From an uncultured Hyphomicrobiales bacterium (lineage in GTDB: Bacteria > Pseudomonadota > Alphaproteobacteria > Rhizobiales > Xanthobacteraceae), in contig CAZIKZ010000001.1 of assembly GCA_964539845.1 (NCBI GenBank), positions 1 through 44,175 of the forward strand: a stretch of DNA of 44,175 nt, given 5' to 3'. The position numbers were made by a program, and so were the translations under genes. Shown one piece after another: positions 28,590 through 37,359 of this stretch (its first letter is position 1; the number at the start of each line of letters is the position of its first letter). Under the pieces are notes generated by a model. That model did not search any database. It saw only the letters and a program-made list of their open reading frames with translations, and was not told the origin of the DNA.

Positions 28590-29866
28590 GCAACGACCTC
28601 AAAAGCCCTCTGAGACAACAGATCGTTCGGCAACGCGCCCGAAGGGATTTCCGCGTTTGCGACCACGGACTCCAGCAGATCCGCTTCTAAGCGGATTCTC
28701 TTTTGCCAATCAGACAAGGTGTCGCGCGCGAAAGCCACTCCTCGCGCGCGCGACAGAGCAAGCTCCTCTCGCATCGCCAGTAAATCGCAAATGCAATCAG
28801 CGAATCCGGATACCGACCGGTCGCGGTCTGCCCAGCGCACCAAGTCCGCCGGCAGAAACGCCATGGTTGTCACGTCTACGCCAGTTCCAGGTGTGGGTGA
28901 AAGTGCCACGATGCTACATCCTGATGTCAGGGCCTCTAGCGTCGTATTCGAGAACGCGCCATTTCGCGCTGGCGTCACATAGATATCGATCGTGCGAAAA
29001 TATTCACGTATGCGAGTATGCGGCACGCTGCCCGTGAACTCGATGCTACTGCCAACGCCGAGGTCATGCGCCATCCGGATTGCATCCTTCAGGAAATGAC
29101 CGTCGCCGACAACAACCGCACGGAACAACTGACTTCGTCTGCGCAATTCGGTACAAACTTCAATGAAGGTATCGAGTCCCTTGGTCAAAGTCGTACGTCC
29201 GACAAAGCCGATGACCGGCACATCATCCCTTTTATTCAACGAGACAGCATCGGCTGCGGGCCTGTCGACGCCATTAGTCAGCAACAGCAGACGGTCTCGC
29301 GACGAGCGCGGAAACAGGCGAAACCAAGGCGAACCGTCGTTCGTGCAGACCATCAAACGGATCGGAAATCGAACGAGCAGTCGCGCTAGCCCCAAATAAA
29401 ATGCGCCTGCTCGCTTGCCTGCGTCGCGTGCGATCAAAAAGGACATCACCCCTAGACAGCGCCAGACCACATTGCGGCGGAACAACGACATAAGTGCTGC
29501 AAGGCCAAGATGCGCACGATCAAAATAAAAGACATCCGCACCGCGCAGGAAATACGGCAGGGCAAGGAGAAACTGCCGTGTGTCGTTCAGTATGTCGGAC
29601 GCGATCGATGGAAATTCTCGCCGGCCGCGCCAGCCGATATGGGTGAACGAAACATGCGAGAAGCATCCATAGTCCGTCGTGAAATCTTCTTGAAGAATAC
29701 CGTCTCGATCAGGCGACTTGGCCAACAGCAAAACAGTGGTTTTGTGCCCGCGCCGCTCGAATTCCTCAATTAGCTTGACCACCGCGGGCGATCCGGTAGG
29801 CGCCCACTTGTCCCGAGCGATGCCGCTATATTTGCGGCAGACCATCACCACGCGCATCGGTGCCAA
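28586..29866 (-). CDS. GT4 family glycosyltransferase
   Basis: NGVD, FVGR...KG, FTGSVP and FSNTTLEAL motifs. Start may be ATG 29857. Confidence 0.82.
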   Translation of the reverse strand: MAPMRVVMVCRKYSGIARDKWAPTGSPAVVKLIEEFERRGHKTTVLLLAKSPDRDGILQEDFTTDYGCFSHVSFTHIGWRGRREFPSIASDILNDTRQFLLALPYFLRGADVFYFDRAHLGLAALMSLFRRNVVWRCLGVMSFLIARDAGKRAGAFYLGLARLLVRFPIRLMVCTNDGSPWFRLFPRSSRDRLLLLTNGVDRPAADAVSLNKRDDVPVIGFVGRTTLTKGLDTFIEVCTELRRRSQLFRAVVVGDGHFLKDAIRMAHDLGVGSSIEFTGSVPHTRIREYFRTIDIYVTPARNGAFSNTTLEALTSGCSIVALSPTPGTGVDVTTMAFLPADLVRWADRDRSVSGFADCICDLLAMREELALSRARGVAFARDTLSDWQKRIRLEADLLESVVANAEIPSGALPNDLLSQRAFEVVA

Positions 29867-30796
29867 TCAGGATTGCGCGGCTGTTACGCGCGCAGGAAAA
29901 CCGTTGACGGTCTGGCCGTCGGAGACAGGGCGCGTGACGACCGCACCTGCGCCGACCATCGCATTCCGTCCAATCGCCGTGCCCCGCACGATTGCCCCGA
30001 TCGACACCCAAGTGTCGGAACCTACCGTCGAGCTACCGGCCAGCAGCGTGCCCGGACCAACGAAGCAGCGCTCGCCAATTTCGACGTTGTGGCCGATATT
30101 GGTCATGTTTCCGATGCTGGAATCGTTTCCTATCACAGTGTCGCGCAATGTTCCCCTGACAATGCTGGCTCCCGCTCCAATGCGGCAGCGGTCGCCGATT
30201 CGCACGCTACCGAAATGAGGCATTGACAGCATTTTTCCGGCTTCATCACGGACATAGGCCTGACCATGACAGCCAATCACAGCATTGGCCTGGACAATGC
30301 ATCCAACGCCAATCTCGACATCGTCATAGATATGCGCGCCACCATAGAGCACGCTGCCATCGCCAATTACCGCTCGCGATCCGACTACAACATTGGGTCC
30401 GATATGAACATCCGCGCCGATCCGCGCATCGCCCGCAACCCATGCTGACGCGCTGCGGCCGCCAACTGGAAGTTGCTCGCCACAGGCAAGGACATGCAAT
30501 GCACGGATGAAATAGGCCCTCGGCTGCTCGACTTCGATCAGCGTCGCAGAACTGAAATTGGCATCCGCCGCAAGCGACCTCGTAATTGGAACGATCACAA
30601 CGACTCCCTGCGGCCAGTCACCGGGAATCTCAGCCAACGAACTCTTGGAGAAACTAAGCGCGCCCGAGCAAAGTGCATCGAGCGAGGCGATCGAGCGGAT
30701 CATGCGTTCGCTATCGCCAACAATCAGCGCAACATCGGCAATCGCGGCCGTCAACTGCGCGGCCATCATTGGGGTGCGGCATTGGATCGCGTTCAT
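29867..30796 (-). CDS. LpxD-like acyl-ACP-dependent N-acyltransferase (left-handed beta-helix)
   Basis: LpxD-like N-domain (GALSF, VEQPRAYF) and hexapeptide repeats. G.V.IGD...IGA...I.RGTLRDTVIG...IGHNVEIG keeps the catalytic-His position. The LpxD C-terminal helical domain is absent. Confidence 0.8.
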   Translation of the reverse strand: MNAIQCRTPMMAAQLTAAIADVALIVGDSERMIRSIASLDALCSGALSFSKSSLAEIPGDWPQGVVVIVPITRSLAADANFSSATLIEVEQPRAYFIRALHVLACGEQLPVGGRSASAWVAGDARIGADVHIGPNVVVGSRAVIGDGSVLYGGAHIYDDVEIGVGCIVQANAVIGCHGQAYVRDEAGKMLSMPHFGSVRIGDRCRIGAGASIVRGTLRDTVIGNDSSIGNMTNIGHNVEIGERCFVGPGTLLAGSSTVGSDTWVSIGAIVRGTAIGRNAMVGAGAVVTRPVSDGQTVNGFPARVTAAQS

Positions 30797-30804
30797 TTTC
30801 GAGA

Positions 30805-31041
30805 TTAAGCTGCGCGGCTTTTAGCAACAAAAGCGGCGATATCGGAGACCGACATCATCCGGCCCGCCACATCGTCGGGAATTTTGATGCCAAACTTTTC
30901 CTCGACCTGAAGCAGAATGGTCGCATGATCGAGCGAGTCGAGGCCAAGATCGAAAAGCGATTGACCATAGACGTTTGGCTCTAGCGTGACCGACGGACTC
31001 ACGTCGCGGACGATCTCGGCAATTGTATCTTGGTCAGACAT
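30805..31041 (-). CDS. Acyl carrier protein
   Basis: 78 aa and acidic, with LGLDSLD (phosphopantetheine Ser) and EEKFGIKIPD. Confidence 0.92.
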   Translation of the reverse strand: MSDQDTIAEIVRDVSPSVTLEPNVYGQSLFDLGLDSLDHATILLQVEEKFGIKIPDDVAGRMMSVSDIAAFVAKSRAA

Positions 31042-31073
31042 ATTCTACTTTCCCCAGAACTCTGTCGCACCTA

Positions 31074-32012
31074 TTAGGCACGCCGTTCAAGAACGCAAGC
31101 GGCCGCGGCGAGACCGACACCAAATCCGCTCAAGACGATGCGTTTGACGTCCTTGCGGGCGAGATAGTCTTTTAACAACAAGGGGATCGATGACGAAACC
31201 AGATTGCCCTGTCCGGCGAGGCCAAGCGGCCCGCGCTGTTCATTGAGGCCAAGCCGTTGGCGGATCGTATCGACAATGTACTTGCTGCCCTGATGAAACA
31301 GGAAGAGATCGACGTTGCCGCGCTCAAGCCCGAGCCCCTTCAGCAGATCATCGATCTGCTTCGGAGCGACGGTCGCGGAGAAATTGAACACGGCGCGGCC
31401 ATCCATGTGCAAGGTACCGTCTCGATTTTCCAGCGCGGCCGCGCGATCGCCTTCGGTATGGAAGCGGGTGGCAACCGGCGTCAGAAGTTCGCAGGCCTCC
31501 TGAGTTCGCGACAACAACGTCACCGCAGCTCCGTCACCGAACAGCATCGCCGTATTGCGATCGTTCTGATCTACAATTTTCGAATAGGGATCAGCGGTAA
31601 ACAAAAGCCCGTTGCGCAAGCCCTGCGCAGTCATAAAGGCATGCACGATCGACAACCCATGCACGAAGCCGGTACAGCCAAGCGATATGTCCCAGCATGC
31701 GCAGTGTGTCGGCAATCCGAGCCTGCCGTGCAGGACCGCGGAGGTATGCGGTAAGCCGCGCCCATCCGGGTTCTGCGTACACACGACCAAGCAGTCGATG
31801 TCTTTGACATCGATCCCGATCTCCGCCTTAAGCCCACCAAAGGCCTTTTCGCAAAGATCCGCGGTATCTTCAGTCTCAGCACGCCGCGACACGGTTTCGA
31901 TACCGATCTTCCCTTTCAGGAAATTGTCATCGACGCCGAATTTGGCGAGACGGCTACGGTTATCTATGCGCCCCGCAGGAATGTAGGACGCGATCGCCTT
32001 GATCCCGATCAC
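31074..32012 (-). CDS. FabH-like ketoacyl-ACP synthase III
   Basis: Cys-His-Asn triad: DISLGCTGF, FHQGS, GNLVSSSIP. Also LFGDGAA and GFGVGL. GTG start at 32012 overlaps the upstream TGA. Confidence 0.9.
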   Translation of the reverse strand: MIGIKAIASYIPAGRIDNRSRLAKFGVDDNFLKGKIGIETVSRRAETEDTADLCEKAFGGLKAEIGIDVKDIDCLVVCTQNPDGRGLPHTSAVLHGRLGLPTHCACWDISLGCTGFVHGLSIVHAFMTAQGLRNGLLFTADPYSKIVDQNDRNTAMLFGDGAAVTLLSRTQEACELLTPVATRFHTEGDRAAALENRDGTLHMDGRAVFNFSATVAPKQIDDLLKGLGLERGNVDLFLFHQGSKYIVDTIRQRLGLNEQRGPLGLAGQGNLVSSSIPLLLKDYLARKDVKRIVLSGFGVGLAAAACVLERRA

Positions 32013-32623
32013 GCGTGCCCCACCGAAAAATAGATGGAGCCAAGTTGCTGCGATCCAGACGCGATGTCGGAACGTGTGACGGCTGCGCGCGCCGGGCTCA
32101 CAAGCGTCACCGACAGCATGGGCGCATCGGCGGGATCGAATAATCGCTTGAGGTCGAGCCGCGTGAACAACCACTTCCCTTTTTGCGGCAACGAGACTGC
32201 GTTATGCAGCTGCTTCGTCATCGCAACCACGATTTCAACCATCGTTCGTGATGGCGGTGGTGAAGTGAGCGCGATGCGGTTTCCCTTAATCGTGCAGTCG
32301 CGTACCACCGCCTCCTCATCATAAGGATAGCGGCCGCCTACATCGCCGCCGCGTTCGACAAACCAGACCGAGGCCTGCGCAGCTCCTCCAGTTACATGCA
32401 TCTCTGCGACGCAATTGCCGGGACGGGCGACACCCACCGCAAACGTGTCGATGATAGCGGACAACGGAACGCGCGTCATCCGATGAAATGCGAAGCGGCA
32501 TCGCCCGTCGATTGCGGGCCAACGCTGCCGCAAGACATCGACCGCGCATTCGTAAACGTCGGTTCCGTGCAGATAGTCACGGCTTCCCTTGAACTTGAGT
32601 TCGACGGATCGGCGTGCTGGCAT
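32009..32623 (-). CDS. Hypothetical protein (204 aa, FKGSRDYLHGTD motif)
   Basis: ATG 32623 overlaps the upstream stop (TGATG) and its own stop overlaps the FabH-like start, which supports a real gene. Function unknown. Confidence 0.75.
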   Translation of the reverse strand: MPARRSVELKFKGSRDYLHGTDVYECAVDVLRQRWPAIDGRCRFAFHRMTRVPLSAIIDTFAVGVARPGNCVAEMHVTGGAAQASVWFVERGGDVGGRYPYDEEAVVRDCTIKGNRIALTSPPPSRTMVEIVVAMTKQLHNAVSLPQKGKWLFTRLDLKRLFDPADAPMLSVTLVSPARAAVTRSDIASGSQQLGSIYFSVGHA

Positions 32624-34329
32624 CAGGTAGCAACGCTGTTTGACGCTGCGTCGACGCCGTGCTGCTGCAGATAGGCCCGGCTTAACCAGGATACGCCGTG
32701 CCGAGCACCACCCTTGTCGTGGATGGCAGTCCAGTACGGTACGCTCGCCGACGCTCCCGTGGCACTCAGCCAATACTGAAAATAGCGCCGCTCGAATGTG
32801 TGCCAGCGTTCGCTGCCAAGCGGCAGATGGGCCAGCTTCGCAGCGAAACGGATTGGACGAATCCAGTCAGGCTTGATGGTCTTTGCATTGACCGGCAATC
32901 CTTGCCACACCCCGCCCCAATTCTCCTCGTCCAGCATTTTTGCGTAGAGAGACTGCTTCACCTTGCCGGGTAGCGGGACGCCTTCCCAGAAATCGAGATA
33001 GGATTTGGCCCAGAGCGGCAACCGCCATCCATGACCGAGAAATTCATAGATACGCTGGCCCGTGGTCACATATTTACACTGCCGGTCCTGGAATTCGGCA
33101 TATTCATATATGCCGTAGTCGTCAGCGGGCGCTCCGAGCACAGCGCCCGCTCGCGCAATCGAAGCACGCAGGCCGCTAGCTATGCGCTCCGTGTTCGCCG
33201 GTGTCATCAGGTCGCGCCACAGCGCGAAATGCTTTTCGACCAGCGCGTCGACAATCCTTTGCATGCGGGCATCCGGCGACAATCCTGTGGGCATTTGCTG
33301 CATCATCGGGATGACGTGCGCGCCGCTGATATAGTCTCCGCTATTGCCGTTACAGAGCACGGAATCTGCGGGGATGAAGCCGGTAGCCTTCAGGGCTTGG
33401 ACCTGCGGAAGATCCTGTACGAACGGTGTCGATTGAGCAGTATCGCAGAACGCCGTGTAATGGCGATGATCGTCGCTTTTGAAATAGCGCCGCATGAAGC
33501 GGACGCCCGTCGGCACAAGTTGCCACTTGTAGCCGAGCCTGTCCGCGATCGCCTTGCTCGCGATCGCTTCGAAATTTCCTGGCCGTCCATAAGCGAAGCA
33601 ACGGACATTGCGGTAGCCGAGATGACGCGCTGCGCTCACAATCAGCCGTGAATCGCGGCCGGCGCTCAGCGGCACCACCAGCTCGCGTCCATCCAATCCC
33701 TTCATCATCGTGTCGACGATAGAGAGCGTCACATCGCGCAATTCGGACGTTGCGCGCCTTTCACTGTAAGCCGGCTTATCGCCGCGCCAAGGCCGGTAGC
33801 AGTAGTAACGATGACGCTCGGGCTCTTCGCCTTTCGCAAAGAAAACGAACTCCCCAGGTCCGAGCTGATTCAGCCCGCGATAAAGCGTTGCCACATCAAT
33901 GGTGTAACCTGCCATCGCGATCGAATGTGCCGCATCCACATCGATATCCGCAGATCCGAGTCCGGCGCGATTGCGCAACCGCAAAGCCTGATCATCGATG
34001 CACCATGCATTACCGCAAGATGCGAAGGCGAGCGGAATGCTCCGTACCCAGTCGACTGCGGCAAAGGCGAAATCCGCGCCGGACGCGGCGATCGCAAAAT
34101 GACCGTCAAGGTTGGACAAAATGCGCTGCACCGCGGAGGCATCCAGCGTCGGCAGCCGGGAGATAGTTCGCGCGAGTACCGCGACATCGGCGCCGCTGCC
34201 ATAGCCTTTCCCCCAGACAGTGACCGGGCCCTCGACAGCACGGCGCCATCCGAACTGCTCGACAAGCGCAATGCACGCTGCCGGCGCCGATGCGCGGCTG
34301 TAGGTTGAGGGATGGAAATTTGAAAGCAA
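32623..34329 (-). CDS. Asparagine-synthase-like ATP-dependent amide ligase lacking the N-terminal catalytic Cys
   Basis: LDGHFA...AVD..RSIPL (degenerate Ntn domain), PP-loop variant VPLSAGRDSR, NGNSGD and WRLPLW. TTG start is uncertain. Confidence 0.8.
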   Translation of the reverse strand: MLSNFHPSTYSRASAPAACIALVEQFGWRRAVEGPVTVWGKGYGSGADVAVLARTISRLPTLDASAVQRILSNLDGHFAIAASGADFAFAAVDWVRSIPLAFASCGNAWCIDDQALRLRNRAGLGSADIDVDAAHSIAMAGYTIDVATLYRGLNQLGPGEFVFFAKGEEPERHRYYCYRPWRGDKPAYSERRATSELRDVTLSIVDTMMKGLDGRELVVPLSAGRDSRLIVSAARHLGYRNVRCFAYGRPGNFEAIASKAIADRLGYKWQLVPTGVRFMRRYFKSDDHRHYTAFCDTAQSTPFVQDLPQVQALKATGFIPADSVLCNGNSGDYISGAHVIPMMQQMPTGLSPDARMQRIVDALVEKHFALWRDLMTPANTERIASGLRASIARAGAVLGAPADDYGIYEYAEFQDRQCKYVTTGQRIYEFLGHGWRLPLWAKSYLDFWEGVPLPGKVKQSLYAKMLDEENWGGVWQGLPVNAKTIKPDWIRPIRFAAKLAHLPLGSERWHTFERRYFQYWLSATGASASVPYWTAIHDKGGARHGVSWLSRAYLQQHGVDAASNSVAT

Positions 34330-34348
34330 GGGTGAGTTCGATTGCGCT

Positions 34349-34360
34349 ACGGCTACCGCA
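34349..34360 (-). promoter_or_regulatory. ops-like RfaH-loading element (TGCGGTAGCCGT)
   Basis: Contains the GCGGTAG core of ops. It lies in the leader about 20 nt before the first gene of the 21-gene run and directly downstream of the rfaH-like gene. Confidence 0.6.
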
Positions 34361-34443
34361 CACGGGGTGACTCGTCACCCCGATGGACTGCTTTCTGATC
34401 AAATATCGGCGGCGGAACATGCTCGCGCCCCGAAAAACAACAT

Positions 34444-34474
34444 CGTTCATAGCATGAACAATGGGTTAATCCAA
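34444..34474 (-). promoter_or_regulatory. Predicted sigma70 promoter TTGGAT-N17-TATGAA with palindromic operator GTTCAT-N3-ATGAAC over the -10
   Basis: 16-mer cgttcatagcatgaac at 34444-34459 is identical to 35721-35736. -35 at 34474-34469, -10 at 34451-34446. Confidence 0.7.
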
Positions 34475-34523
34475 GCTTGATGATAAGATCGGGCCAGGTG
34501 CGGAACAGCTATCAACTCGTGAT

Positions 34524-35027
34524 TTAATCCGACGGACTGACTGCCTCCGCAGGCACATTTAGGACCACTTGCCGACCGAGCAGTGACAACAATGCTACTA
34601 CGCGCTCGTTGTCCCGCATGGTCTCGAAAATAGCCTCGTGTGACGCAAACGGCCCAGCATCGATCGTGATGCGATCCCCTCGCCCGAATTTTGCCTGGCG
34701 GGCCACGGTGACAAATCCACCCTCGTCCTGGCGTTTCCGAATTTCCGCGATGATTGTCTCCGGCACCGGTGCAGGTTCCTGCCGATTGCGGACCAGATCA
34801 ATCACCCCGCGCGTGGAGCGGACGACACGCCATCCGGCCTGCGCGACGTCGAAGGCCATGAATATATATCGAGGGAAAAGAGGCGCCGGCACATCTTCGA
34901 TCCGACGCGCATGGCTACGCCGCTTGAGATAGCGCGGAAAAAAAACCTCAAAACCTTGCCGCAGCAAGTTCTCGACGGCGATATCTTCGCCCCGCGGATG
35001 CGTATAAACGGCAAACCATTGCTTCAT
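34524..35027 (-). CDS. rfaH: RfaH-like NusG paralog (transcription antiterminator)
   Basis: WFAVYTHP..E..A.ENL.RQGFE.F.P, PLFPRYIF and STRGV in the NGN domain. KOW domain GDRITIDAGPF...IF...ERV..LL.LLG. Confidence 0.88.
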   Translation of the reverse strand: MKQWFAVYTHPRGEDIAVENLLRQGFEVFFPRYLKRRSHARRIEDVPAPLFPRYIFMAFDVAQAGWRVVRSTRGVIDLVRNRQEPAPVPETIIAEIRKRQDEGGFVTVARQAKFGRGDRITIDAGPFASHEAIFETMRDNERVVALLSLLGRQVVLNVPAEAVSPSD

Positions 35028-35686
35028 TAGGACGCCACGGATTTGGCCGATTTCTCACCCAGCCGGAGCAACCCCGGGGCCAGCACACGGTCCGGCCCGA
35101 GTTCCTCGACGAGCTTGAGAAACATTTCTTCAGGCGCGGTTAAGTGCGTTACAATTGCGGCATCGACGCGGCCGCATTGCGAAACCTTCGAATAAACTGG
35201 CAATCCATGAAACTGCGATCCAGCATGATCCGGATCGACGACAGCTACCAGTTCCACATTCTCATCATGCACGCAAAGTATCGCGACTTCCGCAAGATCG
35301 GACACCCCTGCCAGCACGATTTTCCGGCGTCCCTCCGAAGCAGCCGCATCCATTAACGCAGAAATCTGCTCGCGCGCCCTGCGGAAGAAATTAAACGAAG
35401 CCGACAGGTATTGACCCGTCAGCCGCGCCTTTTCTGAAAACCCCTGTGCGGTCAAATAATAGACATAACGTCGGCGGGGAACCTGTTGGATCTTGATCAG
35501 GCCCTTGCGGACGCAGCGACGCAGATAGGCGTTCGCGAGGCCGAGGGCGACACCGAGTTCGGTGGAGATATGGCGTTGAGACACGTTTGAGTCGCGGCCC
35601 ACCGCCGTCAGGACGCCAAGCATGATCTCGTCATTGTCGGCGAAGGAATCGCCGTCCGAGCCTCTGTTCGCGGCCCATTTCGCCAT
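35027..35686 (-). CDS. Winged-helix (MarR/EPS-associated type) transcriptional regulator with a C-terminal Rossmann-like domain
   Basis: SQRHISTELGVALGLANAYLRRCVRKGLIK...RYVYYLTAQGFSEKARLT. C-terminal KIVLAGVSDLAE...LVAVVD. Stop overlaps the rfaH ATG (TAATG). Confidence 0.87.
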   Translation of the reverse strand: MAKWAANRGSDGDSFADNDEIMLGVLTAVGRDSNVSQRHISTELGVALGLANAYLRRCVRKGLIKIQQVPRRRYVYYLTAQGFSEKARLTGQYLSASFNFFRRAREQISALMDAAASEGRRKIVLAGVSDLAEVAILCVHDENVELVAVVDPDHAGSQFHGLPVYSKVSQCGRVDAAIVTHLTAPEEMFLKLVEELGPDRVLAPGLLRLGEKSAKSVAS

Positions 35687-35720
35687 GCCTGAACCCGCCG
35701 ATCCAAAATATCGCTTGCAG

Positions 35721-35751
35721 CGTTCATAGCATGAACTTTAATGTCCGTCAC
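35721..35751 (-). promoter_or_regulatory. Predicted sigma70 promoter GTGACG-N17-TATGAA with a second copy of the palindromic operator
   Basis: cgttcatagcatgaac at 35721-35736, 35 bp upstream of the regulator ATG. Same 17-bp spacing as the 34444 site. Confidence 0.7.
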
Positions 35752-35824
35752 CCTGCAGAGAGGATACGCAGGTCACCTGTGGCTACCGACAGATCGGCTG
35801 CTCGCGTTTAGGACATTTTCGATC

Positions 35825-36763
35825 ATGAAGACTTTCGCGCTGATCGGAGCCGCAGGTTACGTCGCTCCGCGCCACATGCGAGCGATCAAGGATGTGAGTG
35901 GAAAACTGAGGGTTGCGTTTGATCCGAACGATTCTGTCGGGGTAATCGACAGCTATTTTCCGGATGCTCGCTTCTTCGTCGAATTCGAGCGGTTCGACCG
36001 GCACATTGACAAAGCCCGCCGCAATGGCGAACCGATTGATTACGTTTCAGTGTGCTCTCCTAATTACTTGCACGACGCCCATGTGCGTTTCGGCCTGCGG
36101 TCCGATGCCGACGTAATTTGCGAGAAGCCGCTTGTGCTTAATCCGTGGAATCTCGACGGACTCTCGGAGATGGCAGCTCGCACAAACCGAACGGTCAACT
36201 CGATTTTGCAACTGCGACTTCATCCGACAATTCAGAAACTTCGCGAACAAATCAAAGCCGATAAGGACCGCGTTTATGATGTCGTATTGACCTACATCAC
36301 CTCGCGTGGCCGCTGGTATCAGGCTTCCTGGAAGGGCGAAGAAAACAAATCAGGCGGAGTTGCAACAAACATCGGCGTGCACTTTTTCGACATGCTGAAT
36401 TACGTTTTTGGGCCTGCGACGAATAATGTCTTGCATGAACGCTCGCCACAACGAGCCGCCGGCTATCTCGAATTTGAACGGGCGCGTGTTACCTGGTTCT
36501 TGTCAATTGCGCGCGAAGACCTCCCCGCTGAAGCTGCCGACAAGACGACGTGGCGATCAATGACGCTGGACGGAAACGAGGTCGAGTTCTCGGAAGGATT
36601 CACCGACCTGCATACGGAAAGCTATCGAGAAATCCTGTCAGGAAGAGGCTTCGGCCTAGAGGATGCGAGGCCCTCCGTTGAAATCGTTTCAGCACTCCGC
36701 AAAGCGCCGATTGATCTGCATAAGGGCGAGCGCCACCCTCAACTGCATGCAGGTCATGTATGA
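35825..36763 (+). CDS. wbpB: UDP-GlcNAcA 3-dehydrogenase (WbpB/WlbA)
   Basis: [58 protein letters not shown]...[14 protein letters not shown] and [10 protein letters not shown] motifs. Confidence 0.92.
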   Translation: MKTFALIGAAGYVAPRHMRAIKDVSGKLRVAFDPNDSVGVIDSYFPDARFFVEFERFDRHIDKARRNGEPIDYVSVCSPNYLHDAHVRFGLRSDADVICEKPLVLNPWNLDGLSEMAARTNRTVNSILQLRLHPTIQKLREQIKADKDRVYDVVLTYITSRGRWYQASWKGEENKSGGVATNIGVHFFDMLNYVFGPATNNVLHERSPQRAAGYLEFERARVTWFLSIAREDLPAEAADKTTWRSMTLDGNEVEFSEGFTDLHTESYREILSGRGFGLEDARPSVEIVSALRKAPIDLHKGERHPQLHAGHV

Positions 36764-37359
36764 GCGGAATGCGCGAAGATTCGCGTTTTCCTGGCGCACT
36801 CGTGCACGAGAGTTCTTACGTCGATGATGGCGCAAGCCTCGGCGCCGGTACGCGCGTTTGGCATTTTGTCCATCTCTTGCCAGGCACGATGGTCGGGAAA
36901 AATGTTTCGCTGGGTCAAAACGTCATGGCCGGCCCAAACATTCGAATTGGAAACGGATGCAAGATCCAAAACAACGTTTCGCTCTACGAAGGCGTTGAGC
37001 TCGAAGACAATGTGTTTTGCGGTCCGAGCTGCGTCTTCACCAATGTCTTCAATCCGCGCGCCGCAATTAGCCGCAAATCCGAGTTTCGCAAGACGCTGGT
37101 GCAGCACGACGCCACAATCGGAGCCAACGCCACGATCGTTTGCGGTGTCACTATCGGATCTTACGCACTCATCGGCGCCGGCGCGGTCGTGACGCGCGAT
37201 GTGCCGCCGCATGCACTCATGATCGGCTCGCCCGCAAGACAAACAGGCTGGATGAGCCGCGCCGGCGAAAAGCTAGGCGCGGATCTCCGGTGCTTGAGCA
37301 CTGGCGAGCGCTACGCACTCGTTGAAGGTAAGCTGGTGCTTGCCGCTGGCTCCAAATAA
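36760..37359 (+). CDS. wbpD: UDP-GlcNAc(3NH2)A N-acetyltransferase (WbpD/WlbB)
   Basis: [44 protein letters not shown] and G.PARQ.GWM motifs. Confidence 0.92.
   Translation: MSGMREDSRFPGALVHESSYVDDGASLGAGTRVWHFVHLLPGTMVGKNVSLGQNVMAGPNIRIGNGCKIQNNVSLYEGVELEDNVFCGPSCVFTNVFNPRAAISRKSEFRKTLVQHDATIGANATIVCGVTIGSYALIGAGAVVTRDVPPHALMIGSPARQTGWMSRAGEKLGADLRCLSTGERYALVEGKLVLAAGSK

Noticed and set aside
29867..32012. Calling these genes housekeeping lpxD, acpP and fabH
   Set aside because: The context is a glycan operon, not bamA-lpxD-fabZ-lpxA or plsX-fabH, and the LpxD-like protein lacks its C-terminal helical domain. They are treated as specialised paralogs.
34938..34945. A8 tract (T8 on the coding strand) in rfaH, and C7/A7/T7 tracts at 14054, 18434, 13928 and 42583, as phase-variation sites
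   Set aside because: The tracts are short, all genes are in frame, and runs of this length are expected by chance in 44 kb.
35781..35790. Second ops-like sequence (GTCGGTAGCC on the minus strand)
   Set aside because: It mismatches the GCGGTAG core, lies upstream of the predicted regulator promoter and is on the wrong strand for wbpB.
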